Assembly: GCF_000143415.4 (NCBI RefSeq)
Contig: NW_003314451.1
Coordinates: forward strand, 37,323-101,322
Direction: 5' to 3'
Length of the DNA stretch: 64,000 nt
DNA from: Selaginella moellendorffii
Lineage: Eukaryota > Plantae > Lycopodiophyta
The notes beneath the pieces are model-generated. The model was given only the letters and a program-made list of their open reading frames with translations. It was not told the DNA's origin and did no database searches. Below are positions 12,347-23,592 of the stretch, piece by piece. The position numbers and the translations under genes are program-made. Each line of letters opens with the position of its first letter. Within the stretch, counting starts at the first letter, position 1.

Positions 12347-13332
12347 GTTAAATAGTGTTTGTGTGTAAAAATAGATTTTCTCTTCCACCTCAAATTCTTG
12401 AATGTAGAATTCATGGGAGGTAAAGTAATTTCGAAAGTTGATGTCTCAATCAAGGGCATTAATTTTTCTCGGTTCAGAGTTCAAAACCGAATCTAAAACA
12501 TTGATCCCACAGAAAGAAGAAAGAAAACACACCGGTGCATTTGACTCTAAAGGAATGTGGTTCGTTCTTAACCTTGAACTTTGAGGAGATTAATTCTCTT
12601 CCTAAGAGTTTGAAAATGAACGTGCGTCATCACACATTAAAGAGTGGAACTCTGAAAAAAACCATTTGTTTATTCCTCTCAACAGGAGGAGACTTAAACG
12701 AAGTCACTTTTCAATTGCAGGATAAAAATGATGTTTTGACAAAGTGAGTTCAAATAGAAGTTTACTAGAGCTGAGAGCCACTGTATCAGACTCGTTTTGA
12801 ATTGTTTAGAAGAATGTATAATGCTATTCAAGCTTCAAAGTTTCGTAAAATGGTCCATGAATGTACACTGACCTTTCAATCTTACCATGGATTTAAGCGA
12901 TCAATGTAAGCTTCTTTGGTCTCCCAGCTGGAATGGATTTGACAAAGTTGATGGCTAGTCGCGATTGTGGTCCTTCTGGGTAAAAGTTTAAGTCAAGGAC
13001 GCTCCTTTGGTCTCCCAGCATGGGTTTTGTCAGCGATTTCAAAAAGCTGCAACTCATCAAATGACGTCAAATGTGAGGCACGAGAAAGGGAAGCCCATGT
13101 GAAAGTCCAGTGTACGCTCTGAAAACTTTCTATACAATGCAAGAGAGAAGCTTTGAAATGGTCTTCGACTTTGGCAATTTACCAGTGGCTAAACTGTAGA
13201 ATCCAGCTATAAAAACCGCCACAAAGTTCGAACGTGAGCAGCAAGGCATCTCGCAGCGTGTTCTTCGGAGTTGCAAAGTCTCAGCAAAGGTTCAAGAAAA
13301 AATCTCGATCCATTTTTCCTCCTTTTGCGAGC

Positions 13333-13682
13333 ATGAAAAAGGTGACACTCTCAACTTGTGGGAGCTGCGAGGGAAAGACTGATGCGCTTAAGAAGATCAA
13401 AGGTATGTACAAACTTGGATTGGAAATTTGAAAGCTGATATCGTTTCTTGTTTTTGAACAACAGGGGTTGATAAGGTGCAATGGGAGTCGTCAGACCTGG
13501 TAGTGATCGGCAAATTTGATGTGGACGACGTGGTCAAGGCGATGGATTGCCACCATAGCGTTCTTCGTTCCGTCGAGAACGATTATGAGCCCCCAAAGAA
13601 GGACAAGGAGAAGAAGGGCGGTGGTTCTAGTGTTGTATATGTTTACACCCACACCTACAATCACTACAATTGCAATTGCTAA
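13333..13682 (+). CDS. Small HMA-like protein 3, 95 aa; exons 13333-13402 and 13465-13682
   Basis: CGSC motif, same structure, ends YNCNC. Confidence 0.8.
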
Positions 13683-14661
13683 AACACTGCATAGTTCTTC
13701 CACTTGCAAAGGATGGATGGATCTGCAAGAACAAGGGAGGTGGCGTGTGTCTGGCGCAACTTCAGGAGCTTCTGATCTAGACATAGCACCAAGTTCTTAG
13801 GGTTTCTTATTTCGCACGCACACTTTATCAATATACTTTAGTTTAATATTTAACCCTCAGTTTAACATAAGGGTTTAAGGATATAATTGTCAGAGCATTA
13901 AATTTTCAAAACTTGAATATTTTTTTATCAAACTGATGAATAATGCCGGTGCTCAGACGTAGTCAAGGATATACTTCTGAATGGAGAGCCAGAAGAATCG
14001 GATTCCACTTCACCACCCTTGCGTTTCCATAAAGTTAATCGATCAGTGTGGAGTTCTAGAATAGTAAATTAGCAGAGTTTTTTCCTACCTTACCTTTTTT
14101 ATGTTGTAACCATCGATTAACTGGTCCGAACTCACGGGAAACAACTTTTTGGGGCCGAAACTTCCACGAAATTGTTCCCGCAAGGACAATTATGAGAGAG
14201 GAGAAGAAGGAACATCATGAATCATCCACGGTGCCACGCGATGTGCGGAATAGTGGCAACGACCACTTCTAGTAGGGAATCACCCATTTGCTGCTGTATG
14301 ATTTGCTGCTCAACTTGAGTTCTAGGCTCAAACGCGACAATCTTTTGCGGCTTTGATGAATCGGTCTCCCAGCTAGTTGGAATGTCCTCTTCATAAGAAG
14401 AATAGACTGTTAAAGTTGCAACAACGCGGATCTAGACAGTGTGGAATTTTCTTCTGCATTGTGGTCGTCTTTGACTATTCGCTGAAATCGCGAGGAATTT
14501 GGTGGTGACGCGTCGTCCTACAAAGACTATACCGTAGAATCAAGCTATAAAAACCGCAGACATGAGCAGCAAGGCATCTCGCAGCGTATTTCTCGGTTTT
14601 CTGAGCAAACATCTTGAGCAAGCAACTAGTAATCTCGATCCATTTTCCTTTCCTTGCAAGC

Positions 14662-15013
14662 ATGAAGAAGGCGACACTTTCAACTTGTGAAAGCTGCAAG
14701 GGGAAGACCGACGCGCTCAAGAAGATCAAAGGTATAGCACAATCTTTGCATTGGATCGCGGCCCTGATTCCATGAAATCTCTGGTGTGGTTTTCCCAACA
14801 GGGGTCGATAAGGTGGAATCGGAGTCGTCAGGCCTGGTGGTGATTGGAAAATTTGATGTGGACGACGTGCTAAAGGCGATGGATTGCCACCACAGTGTCC
14901 TTCGTTCCATCGAGAACAATTACGAGCCCCCCAAAAAGAAGGAAGACAAGAAGGAGGAAGGTTCTAGCGTTATATATGTGTACACCCACACCTACAACCA
15001 GTACTGGAAGTGA
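14662..15013 (+). CDS. Small HMA-like protein 4, 93 aa; exons 14662-14731 and 14802-15013
   Basis: Protein identical to copy 2 by eye. Confidence 0.8.
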
Positions 15014-15742
15014 GTTAAAATAGTGTTTGTGTATAGAAGTAGTTTTTCTCTTCCACTTCAAATACTTGAATTCATGGGAGGTGAAGCAATTTCGAAAGCT
15101 TGAAACCGATGCGGTTCAGAGATCAAAGCGAATCTAAAATATTGATCCCGCAGAAAGAAGAAACAAAACACACCGGAGACTCTATGGTACAGGAATGTGG
15201 TAACTATGGCTCTCAGCTCTAGTAAAGTTCTCACTTCGTCAAAACATCATTTTTATCCTAAAAGTGATCCTCCTCCTGTTTAGAGAAATAAATGGTTTAT
15301 TTACTGAGGAGTTCCAAGTGAGTTTCAGACTATGCGATTGGAATTGTTTAGAAGACTATAATGCTATTCAAGCTTCAAACTTTAAAAAAATGGTCCGTGA
15401 ACGTGGACTGACCTTTCAATCTTACCTTCTTTTCTGGATTTTAGCGATCAATGTAAGCTTCTTTGGTCTCCCGGCTGGAATGGACTTTTTCTTCCAGCGA
15501 TTTCAGAAAGGGAGCACGAGGGTGTCAAGTTGCAACACCAAAACAAATCCATGATGGCACGAGATTTAGACGCGTCGATAAAACTGTGATCCGTGTGGAA
15601 ATTTTCTTTCGGGTGAAATGGCTTCCGCCAGAAACGGACCTCGTAATTTGAACTAGCGAGGAATTTGGAAGTAGACGCGTCGTCTTACGATACCTTCAGC
15701 TATAAAAATCGCAACAAATTGGCATCGCAATCGAATTTTCCT

Positions 15743-16010
15743 AAGAAGGTGACACTCTGAGCTGTCGACGCACTCAAGCAGATTGAAGGTATAACACTAT
15801 CTTTGGATTGCATTTCAAGTGTGGTTTTCTCAACAGGGGTTGACGAGGTGGAATGGGAGTCGTTAGGCCCGGTGGTGATTGGAAACTTTGATGTGGACGA
15901 CGTGGTCAATGCAATGGATTGCCACCATAGAGTTCTTCACTCCATCGAGAAAGATTACGAGCCCCCAAAGAAGGAAGAGAAGGAGGAGGAAGAGGGCGGT
16001 GGTTCTGTTC
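15743..16010 (+). pseudogene. Small HMA-like pseudogene (copy 5)
   Basis: The ATG and CxxC are deleted from exon 1. Exon 2 (VVIGNFDVDDVVNAMDCHH) is retained and the tail is lost. Confidence 0.8.
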
Positions 16011-16757
16011 TAAGCAAAAGTTTCAAGAGCTTCGTGAGGGATTATTGGATTTTCAAGAGATTAAGTGCTCAGGTGTGAATAACTGATAAGATCTACAATG
16101 CTTCTGCTGTTGACATATCGTCGCAAATCCGAGTGCAGGTCGTACTACCGTAGATTCGCACATGTATGTATACCTCTATATTACGTGACAAGGTGGGACG
16201 AACCAACAGAGAAAAAACAGAAAACAAATGGCGCCAAGCGCAAGAACAACTTTTTGTTTCGACGTCAAACTGTTTTTGCCGCGTTCTGAGATCACCATCT
16301 GATGGAGAAGGTGACATTGTCTACTTGCGAAAAAAAAAACAGAGATAGATAGATAGATATAGTCTATAGACATTTGGGCTTGGGTCCTACTCCGGAGAGC
16401 CATGCAAATGCTTATGCATGTAAGATCCTAAGAGAGGAAAACAAGATCTGGTTGTGCAAATCAATTTCAATCTTCTTTAGAAATGAAATTTCATCTGTTT
16501 TAAAGAACTACGAGTGAAATCTTCTTTTGCATTGCGAAAGCCTGGTGAAATGGTCTTCCCCCAGAAGCGGGCCTCGTGTTTTGAAGTAGCGAGGAATTTG
16601 GTAGTAGACGCGTCGTCCTACGATGGCTTAACGTAGAAGCTATAAAATCAGTTCGAAGACGAGCAAGCGCGATAGCAGCTCGGCTAATTTTCCCTAGGAG
16701 AGAGCAAGTTTCAAGGAAAAATCTCCCAGTTGGATCTATTTTTCTTTTTTTGCAAGC

Positions 16758-17095
16758 ATGAAGAAGGTCACCCTCTCTACTTGTTGGAGCTGCGAGGGAA
16801 AGATCGACGCCCTCAAAAAGATCAAAGGTATAATCTTTGGATTGGATCTGGAGACCATGAATCTGGTGTGGTTTTTTCGACAGGAGTTGATAAGGTGGAA
16901 TCGGAGTCATCAGGCCTGGTAGTGATCGGCAAATTTGATGTGGACGACGTGGTCAAGGCGGTGGATTGCCACCACAGCGTTCTTCGTTCCGTCGAGAACG
17001 ATTACGAGCCCCCAAAGAAGAAGGACGAGAAGAAGGAGGGCGGTGGTTCTAGCGTTGTATACGTTTACACCCATACCTACAATTACTACAGCTAA
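16758..17095 (+). CDS. Small HMA-like protein 6, 93 aa; exons 16758-16827 and 16884-17095
   Basis: CWSC motif, ends YNYYS. Confidence 0.8.
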
Positions 17096-17629
17096 AACAC
17101 TGCACAGATGTTAAGGAGCGCCAAATTGTGATTTTGGCAATTGGGATGGATCAAGAGCGAAGAAACCGTTTCAAGAGTTTCGTGAAGGATTGATTGGATC
17201 TGGAGAAGCTGAGTCAAAAGCGGATTCAAAATAATATTCCCGCGGTGATTACTTTTTGTGCAAATGCCGGTAGATTTCGGGAACTTTCGCGGGTCGAGAA
17301 TAAGGACCAACTTTTTGTTCCGACGTCAAGCTGCTTTTTTGGCCGCCAAAAGTGGAGTGCCATTTTTCGTATGGATGTGAAGTTCTACACTGTCGGTCGA
17401 CGCTGGGAGAAAACACGCCGAAGTAACTACAGGGAGAAGAAAGAGAAAGAGAAAGCGAGCGTATCGTGTCCCGACGCGTTTTGCTGTTGCGATGGTGTAA
17501 GATTTTCGTGCTTAAATAGGGTAGTCGAGTTCTAAAGAGAGATCAAGCGTGTTTTTCCCGAGTGAAGAAAGGAAGCAAGGATTCTGATTTGAGATCGAAG
17601 CTCGTTTTTCCACAAGCAAGCAATTCATC

Positions 17630-18018
17630 ATGAAGAAGGTGTCATTGTCTACTTGCGCGAGCTGCAAGGGGAAGACTGATGAATTCAAGAAGATCAAAGG
17701 TAAGAGCATGGGAAAATTTCTCTTTTTTGCTCCCATCTAACATTTGGGTGTGAAAAAACAGGGGTGGAGAAAGTGGAATCCGATTCTTCTGGCTTGGTTG
17801 TGATCGGGAACTTCGATCTGGACGATGTTCGCAAGGTGAACAGTTGCCATCACGGGATCCTCCGCTCGATCGAGAACAATTACGAGCCCCCGAAGAAGAA
17901 AGAGGAGAAGAAGGAAGAGAAAAAGAAAGAGGAGAAGAAAGAGGAGAAGAAGAAAGGAGAGGAAAAGAAGAAAGTTGTGCAAGTCTACACCGACAACTTC
18001 AATCTCTACTACAACTGA
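17630..18018 (+). CDS. Small HMA-like protein 7, 108 aa; exons 17630-17699 and 17762-18018
   Basis: CASC motif, the most divergent copy, longer K/E tract, ends NLYYN. Confidence 0.8.
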
Positions 18019-18157
18019 AGTGAAAGTTTGAGATGGATTGATGCGATAGCGTTTGAATTCTTGTAAAAATCTTCCTTTTTCTCTTAAAAAGAAATTGTCA
18101 GTTTTGTATAAATTTTCTTGGGTTTTCCTTTCCTTCTTTGTTCACGAGGCTCAAACA

Positions 18158-18262
18158 TTTTGAGAATTTATGGCCAATTTCAGCGATTGTTCTCTAAGAA
18201 TTCCAAAACTTGAAGATTTTGAGAATTTTTGGCCAATTTCAGCGATTGTTCTCTAAGAATTT
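18158..18262. repeat. ~45-bp direct repeat, 2 copies
   Basis: TTTTGAGAATTT(A/T)TGGCCAATTTCAGCGATTGTTCTCTAAGAATT occurs at ~18158 and ~18217. Confidence 0.8.
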
Positions 18263-18811
18263 CCATAGCTGGATTGAGCGCTCCAAAACTTGATGAGATT
18301 TTCTTCCATTCAAACAAGAGCTGCCACCTAAGAACTGAGGTGACGAATTTCCATGTCTTTCACGTGGCGGCGGGCGATTGACCGCGACTAAAGACCTTGA
18401 CTCTCATTGAATCTTCGCAAAGACTTTTCAAAGTCTCAAAGACTTTCAAAGATTTTCCACAGATTTTCCAAGGTTCCAAAGATTTTCCAAAGTTACAATG
18501 ATTGTCAAAGTTCTTCCAGAGTTCTTCAAACACTTTCCTCGGCACATAAGGAAAATGATGTTTTGCTGTTGCTACATTTTACATTTCATGTTCTAAGAGG
18601 AACGAGCAAAAGTATGATCGCTCCCAAAAAATTCTCAGATTGTAACTTTTGAGCTTATTGGGATCCAACCATTTGAGAATCGAAGGATGGATGGATCGCC
18701 AGTCTTCTTTCTTCTTTGTCTGCGCGTTTTATACATGTTGAATCGTTCGCCTCACACTCGTAGTTACGACTAAAGAGAGTCTACCACTCATTCGTGATCA
18801 TCACAGCAAGT

Positions 18812-21800
18812 TCAAAGCATCTCTTGGGAATTGAATCGATTCCACGCCACCTGAAAGTGTGAATTCAAGAAGCACAAAGATCATCCCTGTGTTGAAACAA
18901 AGAGGGATTTGCGAAGAACCTGTAAGATGTGGAAGACTTTCTCGGCTATGTACTTTTGCTGGACGCTCGCGTGCTTTTGCTGCATTTTGTCCGGATGAAC
19001 ACACAGCGTTGCTCGTCGGTAGGCCTTCTTTACTGCGGCTGGATTGATGAGCTCGGTGAGAGTTACTTGCTTCCATCCAGATTCCGGCCACAAAACCTGT
19101 GAGATCGATGGACAAGTGTAAAGGAAACTAGAAGAGAACACGAAGAAAAGTTTGGATCTTACGTATTGGAGTGTTGAAAGGAGAGCTCGAATGTTGCCAT
19201 CTTTTCCTACAGACCACCGTTTGATATCGCTGTCGAGTCTCTCGGCCAATCTCTGGAAGCAAAGAAAGTTTTGAGTTTTTCTTCTTTGGCCGGTGCCGAC
19301 TTACTTGTCTTTCGGCTTGCTCGGATTGGAGCTCCAGATCGCGCTTGTTCTTTTGTGCCAAAGCCTGTGCCTGCAAACAAAATCCATTTTTTCTAAGCCC
19401 CGAGAAGGAAAAAGAAGAATTTTTCCACATACTGCGCGGTTTTGGGTTCTCCGGTAGCGTTCCAAGCGAGCTTTCCTTCGCTCTGGCGTCTCTCCTTTCA
19501 ACTCTTGGAAATCCTCGCGAGAGAAGCCTGGGACACGAAAGAGACTGGCTAAGAACAATGGAAGGAAGCAACACAACTTACTGCTGTTTGAGTTGACATT
19601 GCTGGTTCGATCGCTCTCCAAGTTTGTGCTCGAAGTTGTCCTCCGAATGCCTCCATTCTCGGTTTGGCTTCCAGACGTAGGCATCGATGCCTGGAAAAGG
19701 AAGAAACAAGAACAAAGTTGGAAAAAGTGCAAATCGAGACCGAAACAAGCTGGATCTCGGAAACAAAAACCCGAGAATGTGAGAGAACAACTCAAAGTTG
19801 GCAAACGTTGGAAGAACCACGAACTCGAACGAGAAATGGAGAAAAAGAAAGATCTCTTACCGAGTTTGCAAAGCGTTGCTTGGGAGCGCTCGTCGGCCTG
19901 GAAGAGCTGGAAGACACTGGAGCTCGAGCAGCATCGTAGGCCGCTCGCTCGGCTCTCGCCCGTGCCTCAGCGTTGGCTCGCTCCACCGCCGCTCTCTCCA
20001 TTTTCAACCGCGCCGCCACCTCCGCCGCCGCCACCGCCGCCTCCGCTTCGGCTCTCTCCCGCGCCGCCTTCTCCTCCAGTCCCACTCGGTCCTTCTCTCG
20101 CTCGATCTCCCTCTCTCTCTCCAGCTCCCTCTCCAGCCTCTCCCTCTCCCTTTCGCGCTCCTTCTCTAGCCTCTCCAGCCTCTCCCTCTCGCGCCTCCTC
20201 GCAGCGTCGATCCTCTCGAGCCTCTCTCGCTCGCGCTCCTCCCTCTCGCGCTCTATCTTCGCCACTGCCGCTCGCTCGCGAGCCTCGGCTCGCATTCTCT
20301 CCACCAGAGATCTATCCTCGCGGATAGCTCTCCCGGATTGGCGGTGGTGCTCACTATCCTTTGGATCGTCACGAGGAGTAGTAGCAGCAGAGCTCTCGGA
20401 TCGCGCCAACCGCTCCTTCTCGAGCTGCTCGCGCAAAGAAACGCGCGTTCCTCCTCCTCCGCCACCTTTTGCCGTGGACGAAGAACCTGGCGACGAGGAC
20501 GACGATGCCGGGTTCGCTCGATCCTCGAGCTCCTTGGCTACCACTTCGCTGCTCGATTGCTCTCTCAATCGAGGCTTGGTCCGCCTCTGCTGCGGCTGCT
20601 CGCTCGATGATTTCTTTCGATCCATAGCCGCTGCTCTCTCGGCCTTGGCCTTTGCTTCCAGCGCCGCTCTCTCGCGAACCTCGGCTGTGATCCTCGCCAC
20701 CAAGCTCCTCTCGCGTGTCCTTCGAGCTTCTTCCATAAGTTCTCGCTTTCGTTGCTCCTCGATCGTCCTCCTCTCCTCCGCTTCCACGGATATCTCCAAG
20801 CTTTTGTTGCTCTTCTCGTGATCTCGCATGTTCGATTCAAGCCTCTCTGGAGTCTCTGGAGCCGCCTCTTCCTGATGATCCTTGGCCGCTGCTCCGGATC
20901 CAGGAGCGTTGCTGGATGATCCAGGGGTACTCGCGCTCGGCTGGTTCGTCGTGAAGCTATCGATGCTCAGGATGGATTCGCTGTCGGTGGTCTGGTCCTT
21001 CTCGTGACTTGTTGCCACTGCTTCCACTAGCTTGTGGATTTGCGGCGCTCCTCCAGCTTCTCCGGAGCTCGACAAACGTTCTTGATCATCCTCCTTGTTC
21101 TCGAAAGTTGGCGGCGCTAAATCATTATCGGTCGAGCCTTGCTCCTGCTCCAAACCACTGCTCGATCGAGCTCCTGCTTCCTCGCGCTCCATAACGCCAT
21201 TGCTTGATGGAGCTCCTGCTTCCTCGCGCTCCGGAACGTCATTGCTCGATCGAGCTTCTTCTTCCCGGAACACTGGACTGGAGGTAGAAGTATCGATGGC
21301 TTCGCTAGAGCTCTTCTCGGCTTCTTCTACTTCCGGTTTGATCACCTTGCCATCACCTTCCACAGCTGCTCTAGCCTCTTCTTGCGATCCAGTCGCGGTT
21401 TCTTCAACTGGAGCTGCCACCTTTTCCTCCTCGTCCACCCTGATAGTTTGCTCGCCATCTTTGTCATCCTCGCGAGAGAACATCTGATCTTGCTTGAGTA
21501 GCGCGGCAGCCCTCGCATCTCTCTCGATGTGCTCCAGCGCCGCTCTCTCAGCTCTCACTTTGGCTTGCTCCGCCGCCGCCGCCTCCACTTCCGCCGCAAT
21601 CCTGTCGATGGCTGCTCGCTCCGCTCGAAGTTTTCTCAGTGTCTCGGCTCTTGTCTTGGAGCTTGGATGAGTATCCGGCTTGACGTAGCTCGGTGGTGGA
21701 GACGAAGGAGAAGTTAGCTTCTCCTCCTCGGCCAGGTTGTGCTTTTGCCAGTCCAAAACTTTATCCCTGATGCTAAGCTCCGCGTGAGCGCTTCTCTCCT

Positions 21801-22870
21801 TGAGAACTCGCTCGAGCAGCTCGGACGATGAGTTTTGCTGCAAAGGTGGCGGAGTTCGCAGCGGTGGCGGCCCCGAGTCCGACTGAGTCCTTTCCAGGCA
21901 CGCTTCTTCGAAAGAACTTTGGTTGGAAGCTCGCGATCGAGCTGGTGCCTCTCGCACTGGAGGAGGAATATCGGATGGCCTGGTCGTCAGGCTCACTTCA
22001 CCAACACTCACCCAAGCTCTCTCGAATTGATCGTTCGAGAGATCTTGATGCTGCTCACCGTTTTGTTTGAGTGTGGACATTCCAAGGAACGATCCTTGTG
22101 GCTTCTGTGGATCAAACAGAAAATGGAAGCTTACAAGTTTGCGTAAAAGAAAAAAGAGATTTTTGGATCAGCCAACCTTGAGAGCCGCCACGTCCAAAGC
22201 TTGTGGAGGTGCTGGAGCGTCTTTGGAGCTTCCAACAGTAGCAGCACTGCACAAGAAAAGTTTGTGAGCACTTGAAAGATAGGAGAAAACAATATAAATC
22301 TATGGCTATGGCAAGAAGCTTAGTTTGAGTTACATACTCTTTGCGTGGTGGCGTCCCAAGACCGGAGGAAGCAGTGGTGATCTTGGCCCCGGCAACATCA
22401 CCCCCGAACGAAAACGGCCCCGATAAATCATCCGGCGCCTCACCAAAGATATCCTCATACGTAACTCTCGAGCTGCTCTTCTTGAGAGTTGGAATCCCCC
22501 GGAAGATCTCATTGTCTCGGAGCTCCGACACCTTCATCCTCGACGAAGGCACCCGGAAAACGTCCTCAAACACCGGGATGGTGGAGTGGACATTGCAAGA
22601 GAAAACTTCGTCGTAGACGCTGTAAGACGATCCAAAACTGCCATAGCCCGAGGAGTGATTGTGGTGGTGGTTTTGATCGCTCCTGCCGCGAAAGCTTCCG
22701 CCAAAATCGCTCTTTCCAAGCTTGGTTCTACCAAAACTCTCCGAGAACCTAGCGGAGCTATCAAACTTTGGGCCACTGCCGCTGTTCTTGCTGCCTCTAC
22801 TGCCAATTCGACCCTTTCCTGCCCGACCAAGTCCATAGTCCCGCTCCAAAATGCTACCAAAATCATCCAT
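18812..22870 (-). CDS. Auxilin-like / auxilin-related J-domain protein (multi-exon)
   Basis: N-terminus [14 protein letters not shown], long E/R/A coiled coil, C-terminal [50 protein letters not shown]../[12 protein letters not shown]. Confidence 0.92.
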
Positions 22871-23559
22871 TTCTTCCCCCTGGAGCTGGAAATCCAAGTT
22901 CTAAGTCGAGTTACTCACGAGTGAGAGATGGAGATGATCTTCCGGTTAGACCTTCTCCCCCTTCTTCACATCGGCTTCCATATACTCGCGTGTTCTTCTT
23001 CCTCCTGTAGCAAAGCCCAAAGAGAAGAAGAGTGAAAACGTGCATTGACTCTAATAGCTAGAGGCAAAAGGAAGAGCTATTTTTTCTCCTGGAGTGTGCT
23101 GTTCTAGAAGAAGAATATCCATTTACTCACCTTGCTTACTGCCGCATAGCTCCTCCCTTTCATGGCCCCGAAGAAAAATTCCACCTCTGGAGAAAAAAAA
23201 CATGGGAAAGATTTCACTGTTAGTGCCGAGAATGAAGCGAAAGAACCCACAACTTAAGCGCAACGCAAGCGCAGTCGATGGAGGAAAAGAGAGGAAAAGG
23301 AGAAAAGAATTCACAGATCGTGAGGGCGTGGAGGAGAAAGTGGAGAGTCGAAGAACCTGGAAGGAGGAGAGGAAGAACTTTTGCTCCTTTGGCTCGATCA
23401 GTCCGTGAACGAGAACCCACCATTCGCTGCTCGTCGGGTAGCAGCTTGTGTGCATTGTGTGCGCAAGGAAAAAAACAAAAGCTCGGGGCAAAACGAGGAA
23501 ATGCTGGAAGCGCAAGCTGTTCTTGGGAGAAAAGAGAAGAAGAAGGGATCCTTTTTCCG

Positions 23560-23592
<33 letters not shown>

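Noticed and set aside
18158-18500. CRISPR-like reading of short direct repeats
   Set aside because: Eukaryotic DNA, only two copies plus a degenerate ~11-bp repeat, with no spacers or cas genes.
19593-21487. Long plus-strand Pro/Ser-rich ORFs (244, 282 and 130 aa)
   Set aside because: Antisense shadows of the low-complexity E/R/A coiled-coil exon of the auxilin-like gene.
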